From Deltaproteobacteria bacterium (lineage in GTDB: Bacteria; Desulfobacterota; Desulfobaccia; Desulfobaccales; 0-14-0-80-60-11): a stretch of DNA of 61,641 nucleotides. Below the pieces are notes generated by a model. The model was not told where the DNA came from and did not search any database. It saw only the letters and a list, made by a program, of their open reading frames with translations. The DNA lies in assembly GCA_016874975.1 (NCBI GenBank), contig VGSQ01000004.1, forward strand, positions 1 to 61,641, written 5' to 3'. Position numbers and translations under genes: made by a program. Shown here piece by piece: positions 18,901 to 28,680 of the stretch (the first letter of the stretch is position 1; each line of letters starts with the position of its first letter).

Positions 18901-19117
18901 GGTGGGGGGGAGGACCGGGGGAGCAGTGGCTCCCCCGCCCGCCCACAGGCAACTTTTCTTAACAGTCCCTCATGGGCCGCCGGCCCACCCATAACACATG
19001 AAAAGGCCGGTGGGGCGGGCGTCCCTGCCCGCCGCCGGCCCCAGCCTTAACTCTGCGCCCTTTGCGTCTTTGCGAGAAAAATTATTTGTTTCTCGCGAAG
19101 GCGCAAAGGGCGCAAAG
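18901..19117. repeat. Mosaic cluster ending in a 9-nt-periodic CTTTGCG inverted repeat
   Basis: CATGGGCCGCCGGCCCACC...CATGAAAAGGCCGGTGGGGCGGGCGTCCCTGCCCGCC (3' part identical at ~49647); CTCTGCGCCCTTTGCGTCTTTGCGAGA...TCTCGCGAAGGCGCAAAGGGCGCAAAG. Confidence 0.8.
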
Positions 19118-19125
19118 AGAAAAAG

Positions 19126-19251
19126 ATGCACGAGAACGACATTGCCCGGGAGATAGTGGGCGCGGCCTATAAGGTTCATACGGCGCTGGGCCCCGGCCTG
19201 CTGGAATCGGTCTACGAAGCGGCTCTGGCCCATGAATTGCAGGGGTCGTAG
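19126..19251 (+). pseudogene. Truncated GxxExxY-family protein gene (N-terminal 41 aa only)
   Basis: Hand translation MHENDIAREIVGAAYKVHTALGPGLLESVYEAALAHELQGS*, containing the GLLESVY signature. Not in the ORF track. Confidence 0.85.
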
Positions 19252-19314
19252 GGGGGGAAAGGGCGATGCGCTCATACTCCTCTGGTGATGCCTTGTTCTC
19301 TTAGCGACGCACCC

Positions 19315-19512
19315 TCAAATGAGGGGTTTTTCCTTCTTGGATTCCAGGACGGCGCGCAGGTGGTCCCGGTCTTTGCGGGTCTGGAGGAGCTCGCCTTCCA
19401 ATTGGGCGCGCTGGGGGGAGGGTCCAAAGCCCAAAGCCTTCAGTTGTTTCTCCAGCTCCTCCGCCTTGCGGGTGAGGCGGTAGAGTTCCTGGGCCAGTTC
19501 TCTGAGGGGCAT
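19315..19512 (-). CDS. Small coiled-coil hypothetical protein
   Basis: MPLRELAQELYRL...; starts 13 bp after the kinase stop. Confidence 0.7.
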   Translation of the reverse strand: MPLRELAQELYRLTRKAEELEKQLKALGFGPSPQRAQLEGELLQTRKDRDHLRAVLESKKEKPLI

Positions 19513-19525
19513 GGGTCGGCCCGAC

Positions 19526-20899
19526 TCAGTTGGGGGCCGCCAAAGCGGCGCTGAGAGGACCTTCGGGAGCGGACACGCGGGGCAGGACGAAGAAAAAATT
19601 GTTCCCCCCGTCGGTGGGTTCATAGTCCACGGCGCCGCCGTGGGTCTCAATGACGTTGCGCACGAAGTACAGGCCCCGGCCCGTGCCCACCTCGCCGTTC
19701 ACATTGCTGCCCCGGTAGCCTTCGTCGAAGATGCGGGGCACATCCTGGGGGGGGATGTGGGGCCCGGTAGTGAAGACGTTGAACTTGATGCCGTCCTTGC
19801 CCGGCCCGAAAAAATCTCTGATGATTTCCCGGCCGTAGGACATATATTGTCTGCCCTGGTAGTTGTTGCGGGTGTATTTCACCGCGTTGGAAAAGAGGTT
19901 GGCGTACACCTGGGCCATGAGGCCCTTGTCCACGGACAGCGTCAGGTCCTCGTCGGGCACCCCGCCCAAGGCCACGTCGATCTCGATGCGACGTTCTTTG
20001 AATTTGGGGAGAATGAGCTTCAGTTGGGGCTCGATGATTTCACTCTGCACCCGGCAGGTGCGCCGCCGCAGCACCAGATGCCCCTTCTGGAAGTGGGACG
20101 GCCGGAACAGGGATTCAATGAAGAGGCTCACCCCCCGGTACTGCTGGTCCAGGGTCAGGTAGTCGTCCTCCATGCTCTGCACCAGGTCCCGGAACTGGAT
20201 TTGTGATGCGCGAATTTCGGGGCAGTGCTGGGCTCGGGTTTCACAAAGACATTCCAGCTCTTTGAGGATCTTGATCTTGTCCCGCAGGTGACGGAGATAG
20301 AGCTTCAGGCTGATGTTGGGAATAATGATGTTGTGTTCGATGTCGGCCACCAGGCTGTTGATGAAGCGGATGTGATGAATGTTTTGCCAGGCGATGATTT
20401 TGTTGTGCAGGTTGTAGCCCAGGCGGTTGGCGTATTTCTCTATGAAAAAGCGGTTCTTTTCGGTCAGGGAGTCCAGGGGGAAGACCTCGAACAGACCGAT
20501 CACCTGGTCCTTGGCGTAAAAGGGCAGGCGGTCCACCAAGAGCAGGTTGCCCCGGATGGGCGCCACCCAGGACTCGGCGGTGGCGTAAGGATGGCTGGCC
20601 AGCACGATGTGGGGCGGCGCCGGGGGCTTGTCTTCCCGCAGGCCCGTGAGGCTGTCCGTGACCAGATCCAGGGCGCCTTCCTCCCGGATGAGATAGAGCC
20701 GGGATTCCCACCCGAAGAATTCCTTGATCACCCCCACCGTCACCCGGTAGATGTTCTCCAGGGTTTCATATTCCTGGGCCAGGTCAAAGAAGGTTTTCAG
20801 GGCGTCGTTTTCCAGGGTGGTGAAGTCATAGTCCTGGAAAGACCGCCGCTTTTCTCTGATGCGGGCCAGTATCTTGTCGAGATCGTAAGGAACGGTCAT
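19526..20899 (-). CDS. Cytoplasmic sensor histidine kinase (atypical H and G1 boxes)
   Basis: N box ANLFSNAVKYT, F box IFDEGY, G2 GTGRGLY; candidate H box DIEHN; no TM segment. Confidence 0.85.
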   Translation of the reverse strand: MTVPYDLDKILARIREKRRSFQDYDFTTLENDALKTFFDLAQEYETLENIYRVTVGVIKEFFGWESRLYLIREEGALDLVTDSLTGLREDKPPAPPHIVLASHPYATAESWVAPIRGNLLLVDRLPFYAKDQVIGLFEVFPLDSLTEKNRFFIEKYANRLGYNLHNKIIAWQNIHHIRFINSLVADIEHNIIIPNISLKLYLRHLRDKIKILKELECLCETRAQHCPEIRASQIQFRDLVQSMEDDYLTLDQQYRGVSLFIESLFRPSHFQKGHLVLRRRTCRVQSEIIEPQLKLILPKFKERRIEIDVALGGVPDEDLTLSVDKGLMAQVYANLFSNAVKYTRNNYQGRQYMSYGREIIRDFFGPGKDGIKFNVFTTGPHIPPQDVPRIFDEGYRGSNVNGEVGTGRGLYFVRNVIETHGGAVDYEPTDGGNNFFFVLPRVSAPEGPLSAALAAPN

Positions 20900-20919
20900 A
20901 CGAACGGTTTCCCAGGCGC

Positions 20920-21480
20920 TCAGGCCGGGCGGGCGTAGCGGCGGCGGCCTTCTTCGTACAGGTCGCCGCCGTGGCAGTCGTTGATGACGATGGCGGGAAA
21001 ATCCTCCACCACCAGGCGGTGGACGGCCTCTGGACCCAAGTCCGGGAAGGCCACCACCCGGGCCTCCCGGATGCACCGGGAGATGAGGGCGCCGGCGCCG
21101 CCGGTGGCCCCCAGATACACGGCGCGATGGCTCTGCAAGGCGGCCAGCACCTCAGCAGAGCGCTTGCCCTTGCCGATCATGGCTTTGAGCCCCAGCCCCA
21201 GCAAAGTGGGAGTGTAGGCGTCCATGCGGGAGGCGGTGGTGGGGCCGGCCGCGCCGATGACCCGGCCGGGCGGCGCCGGGCTGGGACCCACATAATAGAG
21301 AATCTGTCCCTGCAAGTCCACCGGCAGGGGCTGCCCTGCCGCCAACAGGTCCATCAGGCGCTTGTGGGCCGCATCCCGGGCGGTGTACAGCACGCCGCTG
21401 ACCAGCACCGCGTCGCCCGCCGTCAGCCGCAACACGTCGGCGTCGGTCAGGGGGGGAAGCAGCTTCACCGCATCCGTCAT
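20920..21480 (-). CDS. Fe-S hydro-lyase (fumarate hydratase class I / tartrate dehydratase type), beta subunit
   Basis: YTARDAAHKRL, YYVGP, GPTTASRMD, MIGKG, DLGPEA. Confidence 0.93.
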   Translation of the reverse strand: MTDAVKLLPPLTDADVLRLTAGDAVLVSGVLYTARDAAHKRLMDLLAAGQPLPVDLQGQILYYVGPSPAPPGRVIGAAGPTTASRMDAYTPTLLGLGLKAMIGKGKRSAEVLAALQSHRAVYLGATGGAGALISRCIREARVVAFPDLGPEAVHRLVVEDFPAIVINDCHGGDLYEEGRRRYARPA

Positions 21481-21488
21481 ATTCACCT

Positions 21489-22328
21489 CTACAACACCAC
21501 TTCCCGGTGGCGGGAGGCGTGACACTGGATGTTCACGGCCACCGGCAGACTGGCGATGTGGCAGGGCTGCATGAGGACATGCACGCCCAGGGCGGTGAAC
21601 CGGCCGCCCAGCCCCATGGGGCCGATGCCCAGGGAGTTCACCGCGTCCCACAGTTCGGCCTCCAGGGCCGCCAGTTCGGGATCGGGGTTGGGGGCGCCCA
21701 GTTCCCGGAGCAGGGATTTCTTGGCCAGGTAGGCGGCCCGCTCGAAGTTGCCGCCCAGGCCCACGCCCACGATGATGGGGGGGCAGGGGTTGGGGCCGGC
21801 CTCGGCCACCGTGGCCACCACCCGCTCCCTGATGCCGGCCCAGCCCTCCGCCGGCTTGAGCATGAACAGCTTGCTCATGTTTTCACTGCCCCCGCCTTTA
21901 GGGACTACCATCAGGGTGAGGCCGTCGCCGGGGACGATCTCGGTGTGGATCACGGCGGGAGTGTTGTCGCCGGTGTTCTTCCGGGTGAGGGGATGGCACA
22001 GGGACTTGCGCAGATACCCCTCGCCGTAGCCCCGGCGCACCCCTTCCTGGAGGGCGGCGGCAAAGTCGCCGCCGACGATGTGCACGTCCTGACCCACCTC
22101 GGCGAAGATCACGGCCAGGCCGCAGTCCTGACAGAGGGGGATGCGCTCTTCCCGGGCGATGCGGGCGTTTTCCAGAAGTTGCCGGAAGATTTCCCGCCCG
22201 GCGGGTGATTCCTCTTCCCGCTCGCCCCGGGCCAGGGCCGCCCACAGGTCCTGCCCCAGTTCATAGTTGGCGGCCATGGCCGCCTGCTTCACCGCGTCGA
22301 TAATCCGGTCCGTGTGAATCTGCCGCAT
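21489..22328 (-). CDS. Fe-S hydro-lyase (fumarate hydratase class I), alpha subunit
   Basis: PLCQDCG, NTGDNTP, PKGGGSEN, NPCPP, GIGPMGLGG, CHIASLPVAVNIQCHASR. Confidence 0.93.
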   Translation of the reverse strand: MRQIHTDRIIDAVKQAAMAANYELGQDLWAALARGEREEESPAGREIFRQLLENARIAREERIPLCQDCGLAVIFAEVGQDVHIVGGDFAAALQEGVRRGYGEGYLRKSLCHPLTRKNTGDNTPAVIHTEIVPGDGLTLMVVPKGGGSENMSKLFMLKPAEGWAGIRERVVATVAEAGPNPCPPIIVGVGLGGNFERAAYLAKKSLLRELGAPNPDPELAALEAELWDAVNSLGIGPMGLGGRFTALGVHVLMQPCHIASLPVAVNIQCHASRHREVVL

Positions 22329-22470
22329 AATGGTTCGGGTAAAGGACGCCGACAGGCGGCGAGAGTGTCTGAGTCAGGGAATGTTCGCGGGAGAAATGGA
22401 AGGGCCGGGAGCCTGCCGCCCCTTCCTCCTCTCCCTTCCCGCGGAGACGTGCGCCTCAGGTGCCGGGGTG

Positions 22471-24846
22471 TTATCCCTCCAGGTCGTCCTTCAGAAACTT
22501 CTGCGTGGAGGACGGCTTCTTGGGAGAATGCTCCGACAAGGGGGTGTTTTCGGGGTAGAAGTCCTCGTCGTCGGTGGCCTCCTCGTCCCCCCGGCCCACA
22601 GGACCGCCACCCTTGGCCAGAAGGGTCCGGGAGACGGTGGGGAAGTCTTCCACCGGCTGGCCCTTCAGGGCCTCCTGCATGTAGCGGATGAAGATGGGGG
22701 CCGCGGCCTGGGAGCCCGTCTCCCGGGGACCCAGGCTCTTTTCCGTGTCCATGCCCACCCAGATGCCGGAGATCACCGAGGGCGTGAAGCCGATAAACCA
22801 GGCGTCCTTGGTGCGGTTGGTGGTGCCGGTTTTGCCGCCGATGGGCCTTTTAAGCACCCTGACCCGGGTGCCGGTGCCGTGCTGCACCACACCCTGGAGC
22901 AGATGCGTCATGATGTCCGCGCTTTCCGGGGTCATGACCAGTTTCCGCTGGGTGCTGGCCTCGTACAGGACCCTGCCGTCCCGGTCTTCGATGCGCTCGA
23001 TGAACACAGGCTCCACCAGGTAGCCCCGGTTGGGGAAGACGGAGTAGGCCCGGCTCAGCTCCATCAGAGTCACTTCCGAGGCGCCCAGGGCGGAGGAATA
23101 GTTGGGGTAGATGGGGGAGGTGATGCCCAGGGTCTTGGCCATCTGCAGGGTGGCCGGCACCCCCAGAGCCAACATCATGCGGACCGCCGGCACATTCCGG
23201 GAGCGGGCCAGGGCCGAGGCCAGGGTGATGGGTCCGCTGAAACTGTGGTCATAGTTCTGGGGGGTCCAGGCCGCTCCGGCCCGGCCGCCGGGCAGGGACA
23301 GGGGGCTGTCCTGGAGGATGGAGTTGGGCCCATAGCCCTTCTCAATGGCCGCCGCATAGATAATGGGTTTAAAGGCGCTGCCGGCCTGGCGCTTGGCCTG
23401 AATGGCCCGGTTGAAATTGCTGTCGTTGAAGTCCCGCCCGCCCATGACGGCCATCACCCGTCCGGTCTTGAAATTCATGGAGAACAGGGCGGCCTGCACC
23501 AGGGGGGCCGGTTCCAGTTCTGCGTGCCAGAGGTTGGTCTTGCGGTCGTGCCGGGTGAGGCGCACCTGGATCACGTCCCCGGCCTGGAGCGACCCGTAGC
23601 TGCTCCGGGCCCGGGCCCGGCTGCGGCCGGAACCCTCTTCCGCCACGCCGTCCAACACCCCCTGATGCTCGCCCAGGCGCAGGTGCAACCCCTGCTGCCG
23701 CTTGTCCCCCGCCGCTACCAGGGCGTAGGCCAACTGCCCTCTGCGGGGCGGATACTTGCGGTAGAAGCGGATCTGCCGCTCCTGGAAAGCCACCATGGCC
23801 TTGCCTTTCACCCGCTTCATAGGCCCCCGGTAGCCGTTGCGCTGCACCAGGCCCTCCACTCCCTCCTTGATGGCTTCCTGGGCCAGCCGGTGCAGCCCCA
23901 CATCCGCGGAGGTATAGACCTTCAGCCCCAGATTGACCACCTGCTCCCGGCCGAAGCGGTTTTCCAGCAGAGTGCGCACGTGCTCGGTGAAGTAGCCGCA
24001 CTCCTTGAGCCAATCGGGGCGCATCGATTTCAGCCTGATGGTCTGCCGCAAGGCCGCCTGCAATTGCTCCTTGGTGATAAAACCCACTTCGGCCATGCGC
24101 CGGAGCACATAGGCCTGCCGCTCCCGGGACTGCTTGGGGTTGAGGAAGGGGGAATAGCGGCTGGGGGCCTTGGGAATCCCGGCCAGCAACGCCGCCTCGG
24201 CCAGGGTCAGGTCCTCCACGTGCTTGGAGAAGAATTCCTGGGCCGCGGCCTCCACCCCGTACGCTCCCCGCCCCAGGAAAATGTGGTTCAGGTACAGGGT
24301 CAAAATCTCTTCTTTGGACAGGTAGTTGTCGATCTGATAGGCCAGCACCGCTTCCCGGATTTTCCGGCTGAAACTCTTCTCCGAAGTGAGGAGGATGCGC
24401 TTCACCAGTTGCTGGGTGATGGTGCTGCCCCCCTGAACGATCTCGCCGGCCTCCAAGTTGCGGAAAAAGGCGCGGATGATGCCGAAGATATCCACGCCCG
24501 GATGCTCGAAAAAGCGGGCGTCCTCCGCGGCCACAAAGGCCAGAATCAGGTGCCGGGGCAGACGGCTGTAAGGCACCTCGATGCGGCGCTCGGCATAAAA
24601 TTCCCCCATGAGCCGCCCATCCCGGGCATGAATGCGGGTAATCACCGGCGGCCGATATTCCTTAATGGCGGTGAAATCGGGCATGTCCTTGATATAGCGG
24701 GAATAAATGTACACGCCGGCGCCCACGCCACTCAGCATCACGGCCAATACCAGGCCGTAGAGGATCCAGCTCAACCGCCGGGCCCAGCGTTTGCGCAGGC
24801 GGTAGCGATCAAGGTCGGGCTCGTCGCCGCGTCTGAACCACTTCAT
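22471..24846 (-). CDS. mrcA: Class A penicillin-binding protein 1A
   Basis: N-terminal TM; glycosyltransferase EDARFFEH.G and GGSTITQQL; transpeptidase SAFK, SRN, KTG. Confidence 0.93.
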   Translation of the reverse strand: MKWFRRGDEPDLDRYRLRKRWARRLSWILYGLVLAVMLSGVGAGVYIYSRYIKDMPDFTAIKEYRPPVITRIHARDGRLMGEFYAERRIEVPYSRLPRHLILAFVAAEDARFFEHPGVDIFGIIRAFFRNLEAGEIVQGGSTITQQLVKRILLTSEKSFSRKIREAVLAYQIDNYLSKEEILTLYLNHIFLGRGAYGVEAAAQEFFSKHVEDLTLAEAALLAGIPKAPSRYSPFLNPKQSRERQAYVLRRMAEVGFITKEQLQAALRQTIRLKSMRPDWLKECGYFTEHVRTLLENRFGREQVVNLGLKVYTSADVGLHRLAQEAIKEGVEGLVQRNGYRGPMKRVKGKAMVAFQERQIRFYRKYPPRRGQLAYALVAAGDKRQQGLHLRLGEHQGVLDGVAEEGSGRSRARARSSYGSLQAGDVIQVRLTRHDRKTNLWHAELEPAPLVQAALFSMNFKTGRVMAVMGGRDFNDSNFNRAIQAKRQAGSAFKPIIYAAAIEKGYGPNSILQDSPLSLPGGRAGAAWTPQNYDHSFSGPITLASALARSRNVPAVRMMLALGVPATLQMAKTLGITSPIYPNYSSALGASEVTLMELSRAYSVFPNRGYLVEPVFIERIEDRDGRVLYEASTQRKLVMTPESADIMTHLLQGVVQHGTGTRVRVLKRPIGGKTGTTNRTKDAWFIGFTPSVISGIWVGMDTEKSLGPRETGSQAAAPIFIRYMQEALKGQPVEDFPTVSRTLLAKGGGPVGRGDEEATDDEDFYPENTPLSEHSPKKPSSTQKFLKDDLEG

Positions 24847-25619
24847 GGTGAACTCCCCCCGAACACGAAAACCTTCCCCCGGCCGCCCTGTCTTCAGCCG
24901 GCCGCGCCGTCACCCCGGCCGCGCGTTCCCTCATTTCCCTCAACGACTGCAGCAGGAAACGGCAGGCTTTCAGGCAGGTATATCGGCAGTCCCGCAATTT
25001 TCATGACTCCCCCCAAGACCGCCCACAGCCTGAAGTTGTTTTTCCGTCTTGCAAGACCGCCGGTTCTGCACCCCCTGGCTGACTCACCGCCGGCCTTCGC
25101 TGCCGGCGTCCTCTGCGCCACCGGGCGGGCGGCACCCGCCTTTCCGTCCCGGCAAAGTCTTGGGAGCGCGCCTTTCTTTCCCCCACAAGGGGGCCGGTGT
25201 TCTTCCGCCCTTCCGGTCCGGAGCGGTTATTGTGACCTCGGGAACAACAACTCCACAATCTCCCATCAGCCTCTCACAGGCTACATGGGGCTGGAGAGGA
25301 AATATTTTCGCGGTTCTCTTTGAGATACGACTTTAATTATACTAGAATATCAAGCAAGTATAATGATATTAATTCTGCATGAACAGGAAAAAATGTCACT
25401 TCCGGTTTCTTCCGGCCTTAACGTAACCTGAAGGAAAGCCACACGACCGCCGCTCCTGACTTTTTCCGCACCGGCCCCCCAGGTCTTCCTTGCACCGGGC
25501 ACAAACCGACAGAAGAGGCTTCCCCCGCAACACCCCCGCCCCCTCCCGGGAGATGCCCGGCATGAGAAGGCCGAACAGGCGTCCCCCGGTCCCTCTTCCG
25601 CCCGGACCGCCGGCGACCC

Positions 25620-26234
25620 TCAGGGTTGGACGGCATCCACCTGGTAGCTCAGTTCGTAGCTCCCCCAGTCCTCGCTGGTGACGCCGCTCCTGGCGCTCCC
25701 CTGATAGCGGTCCCGGCCGGGGGCGATGGTCACCTTGACCAGTCCCTCCTCCCCGCTCTTCAGCACCCCGGCATGCACCGCCGCCCCGGCCAGGTCCGAG
25801 TCCAGGGTGTAGAAGTCCGTGCCCCAGACGGCGCCGCCGCCGATCTTGCCGGTGACCTTGAAGTACATCACCTCACCCGGCTGCAGGTTCTTAAAGCTGG
25901 ACAGATTGCCCGGGTTGGGCAGAATCTTGGCCCCCTTGAGCTTGGCCGCAATCTTCAGATGCTTGATCCGGTCCCGCACCGCCACCGCGCCGTCCAGGTT
26001 CCCCGCCTTGGTGAGGGCTTCCAGGAGGGCCTGCAGGTCGGCGAAAAGCTTCTCCCGCCGGGCGGCGATGTCCGCTTCGGCCTTTTTCAGCGTCTCCGCT
26101 TCAAAGACCTGGAATTCCTTGATGAGCTTGTCCGCCTCCGCCGGCGCGCCCTGGGAGAACGCCGGAGAAGCCGCGGCCGGAGAGATGCCCAGAACCAGAA
26201 GGATGCCCAGGCGCCAAAACAGTTGCCGTTTCAT
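25620..26234 (-). CDS. Exported LCCL-domain protein with an N-terminal helical region
   Basis: Signal peptide; VWGTDFYTLDSDLAGAAVHAGVL...Y.GS.R.GVTS LCCL pattern. Confidence 0.8.
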   Translation of the reverse strand: MKRQLFWRLGILLVLGISPAAASPAFSQGAPAEADKLIKEFQVFEAETLKKAEADIAARREKLFADLQALLEALTKAGNLDGAVAVRDRIKHLKIAAKLKGAKILPNPGNLSSFKNLQPGEVMYFKVTGKIGGGAVWGTDFYTLDSDLAGAAVHAGVLKSGEEGLVKVTIAPGRDRYQGSARSGVTSEDWGSYELSYQVDAVQP

Positions 26235-26412
26235 GGTGATCTCCATCCTCCTTTGTTGTCAGCCGACCCTCTCATGAATACATGGTTCCCACCCCCGGCA
26301 AGGTGGAAAAGCGCGGCATCTTCCTGCCCGAGGCCGGAACCGCTAAAGACGCGCCTGGCTGCGCCGGGGGATAACCTCACCCCCCGGCCTCCGGTCGGCG
26401 AAGGGAGGGGGC

Positions 26413-26790
26413 TCAATCCTCGTCCGACCAAGCCCCGTCGTCTTCCCCCGGCCCCCCCGCGCCCTGAGACCCGGACGCCTCCGCCATGGCCTCGTCGATG
26501 ATCTGGTCCACCTCGCCCGGGTAGTCCTCGCCCAACTCCTGGCCGAAGCGTTTGAAGATTCGGGCCATGCTGCGGGGGTCGCGATCGTCCAGTCCGCCCC
26601 GTTCGGCCAATTCGGCCAGGCGCTCCATGCGGGTCTCTTCCGAGACGGCCACCCGGAACCGGGACATCACCCGAGTCAGGCTGCGGCCGCCACAACGGGG
26701 GCACACGGGGGCCACGGGCTGGTCCCGTTTCAGGACCAGGTGCTCCGACACCCGCCCGCAATCGCTGCAATGGTATTCATAGATGGGCAT
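26413..26790 (-). CDS. FmdB-family zinc-ribbon protein
   Basis: MPIYEYHCSDCG...CPRCG...L.RVMS.F. Confidence 0.92.
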   Translation of the reverse strand: MPIYEYHCSDCGRVSEHLVLKRDQPVAPVCPRCGGRSLTRVMSRFRVAVSEETRMERLAELAERGGLDDRDPRSMARIFKRFGQELGEDYPGEVDQIIDEAMAEASGSQGAGGPGEDDGAWSDED

Positions 26791-26819
26791 GAGAGGGCCC
26801 TGTCCGGGAAATTGTTTCC

Positions 26820-27248
26820 GTAGGGTGCGTCTTACACACCATCAGCCTGAGGGGTGGCGGTGGGCGGGGGGGGCCCAACCTGCCTGCACTTTCCTCCCCG
26901 GCTCCCAGGTGGAACCGGGAAACCCGAGATATGGGGCGGGCTTTGCCCAAGTCTGGAAGAACCTCCGGCTTCAGCCCGGCACAGGTGAGGACACCTGCGC
27001 CACCTGCGTTATTTTTGAGGCGTTGCTCCGGCCAAGCGGGAGCTTGGCGGGCAGGCCGTTTCCCAAGCCGGAGCTTGGGAACCAGAAAAAAAATGTCCCC
27101 CACTCAGCCCCAGCCCTCCCCGCCGCCGATTCATGCCAAGGGTGCGTGAGACGCACCCTACCTCAAGATTTCGGCACAATAGCCCGGCATCAAGGCGGGA
27201 ACAACATTCCCAAAACCCAGAACCCAAAACCTGACATCTGGCACCTGT
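26820..27248. repeat. Large mosaic REP-like cluster
   Basis: Inverted GTAGGGTGCGTC / GACGCACCCTAC pair (26820, ~27150); CCAAGCGGGAGCTTGG and TTCCCAAGCCGGAGCTTGGGAACCAG; heptamers at 27209-27250. Confidence 0.8.
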
Positions 27249-28675
27249 CAATTCACCCGCACCCGCATTCTCTCCAGGCGCGCCACCTGCCGGCGGGCCT
27301 CGGCGTAGCGGTGGTCCCCGGGGGTCAGGTGGGTCAGGGACTTTCTGAAGTGAAACAGCGCCGTGGGGTAGGCCCGGGCCCTGAGGCTGTGCAGGCCCAG
27401 ATAATAGTGGCCCGGCCCCAGCCGGCCCTTTTCCCCGTAAAGGGTCCCCAGGTTCAGGTAGACATCGATGAAAGTGGGGTTGAGGCGGTGCATCTTTTCA
27501 AACAGCGCCAGGGCCTGGTCCGTCTGCCGCCGCTCTTGGGCGATGCGCCCCAGGTAGTAGAGAATCACGTCATCCATGGGCCTGGCCTGGGAGAGTTCCC
27601 GGAAGAGGGGCTCCGCGTCGCCGAAACGGTTCCGCTCAAAGTAGTGGATGGCCAGGTCGCGTCGGATGAGGTAGTTACCCGGCGCCAGCTTCAGCGCCGC
27701 CTGGAAAGCGGCGGTGGCCTCCTCGGAACGCTCCAGGCGGGCCAGCGCCAGGGCCTTGCCGTAAGGGTAGAGGGCATTGCGGGGGTCTTTGAGGCCTTCC
27801 TGGGTCATGCGCCGCACCATCTGGTTCGCATTACCGTAAACAGCCTCGATTTTCACGGTGAAATAGGCAAACTCCGGGTTTTGCACGGCCGGCGGCAATT
27901 TCCCCTCGTTGGCCGCCAATTGATGGGCCAGATCCACCAGACGGTTTTCCAGATCGGGGTGGGTGCTGAGGTAAATGGGAATCTTGCCCCCTTCGAACCA
28001 CCGCTGCTTGTTCATCTTATTAAAGATGGAAATCATGTCCCGGGGATGGTAGCCGGCCTTGACCATGATCCTGAAACCCACGCTGTCGGCTTCCTGCTCA
28101 TGGTCCCGGCTGTATTTCAACATGGCCGATTCCCCTGCGGCCATGCTCCCCATCAACAGCGGCTGGGCCAGGGCCCCCCCCAGAAACACCGAGGCCAGGG
28201 CGGCGATGAGAGTGGCGGCGGTGACGAGCCTCGCCTTTTCCATGATCTTCGCCATGTGGCGTCCGGAGATGTGGGCGATCTCGTGAGCCAGCACCCCGGC
28301 CAGTTCCCCTTCCCGCTCCATCATCCGCAGAAAGCCCGAGGTAATGAAGATGTAGCCGCCGGGCACCGCAAAGGCGTTCATGGACGGCTCTTCCACGATA
28401 AAAAACTGGTATTGGAAGGCGGAGGAGCCGCTCTGGGCGGACAACTTCTGCCCCACCCGGTTCAGATAGGAGATCAGGAAGGGGTCCCGGCACAGGGGAT
28501 ATTGGTTCTGCACTTCCAGGAAAAATTCTTCACCGATCTGGCGCTCCTTGTCGATGGTCAGATCGCTCAGGAAAGCCGCGGCCGGTCGGACCAGGATGCA
28601 GACCCACAGAGCGGCCAGGAGCAGGGCCGACCCTTGGTTGCCGCCGGTCCGGTTTTTCAACGGGAAGTGCTTCAT
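27248..28675 (-). CDS. M48 zinc metalloprotease with TPR repeats (BepA/YfgC-like)
   Basis: Signal peptide, NAFAVPGG, LAHEIAH, YSRDHEQEAD, YLSTHP, C-terminal TPRs. Confidence 0.92.
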   Translation of the reverse strand: MKHFPLKNRTGGNQGSALLLAALWVCILVRPAAAFLSDLTIDKERQIGEEFFLEVQNQYPLCRDPFLISYLNRVGQKLSAQSGSSAFQYQFFIVEEPSMNAFAVPGGYIFITSGFLRMMEREGELAGVLAHEIAHISGRHMAKIMEKARLVTAATLIAALASVFLGGALAQPLLMGSMAAGESAMLKYSRDHEQEADSVGFRIMVKAGYHPRDMISIFNKMNKQRWFEGGKIPIYLSTHPDLENRLVDLAHQLAANEGKLPPAVQNPEFAYFTVKIEAVYGNANQMVRRMTQEGLKDPRNALYPYGKALALARLERSEEATAAFQAALKLAPGNYLIRRDLAIHYFERNRFGDAEPLFRELSQARPMDDVILYYLGRIAQERRQTDQALALFEKMHRLNPTFIDVYLNLGTLYGEKGRLGPGHYYLGLHSLRARAYPTALFHFRKSLTHLTPGDHRYAEARRQVARLERMRVRVN

Positions 28676-28680
28676 GAGAC

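Noticed and set aside
22330-25323. 997-aa plus-strand ORF and similar long ORFs (1042-2562, 6142-7881, 26783-28765, 44078-45949, 50043-51884, 55898-57508)
   Set aside because: Antisense shadows of well-supported genes, expected from high-GC codon bias; no recognisable motifs.
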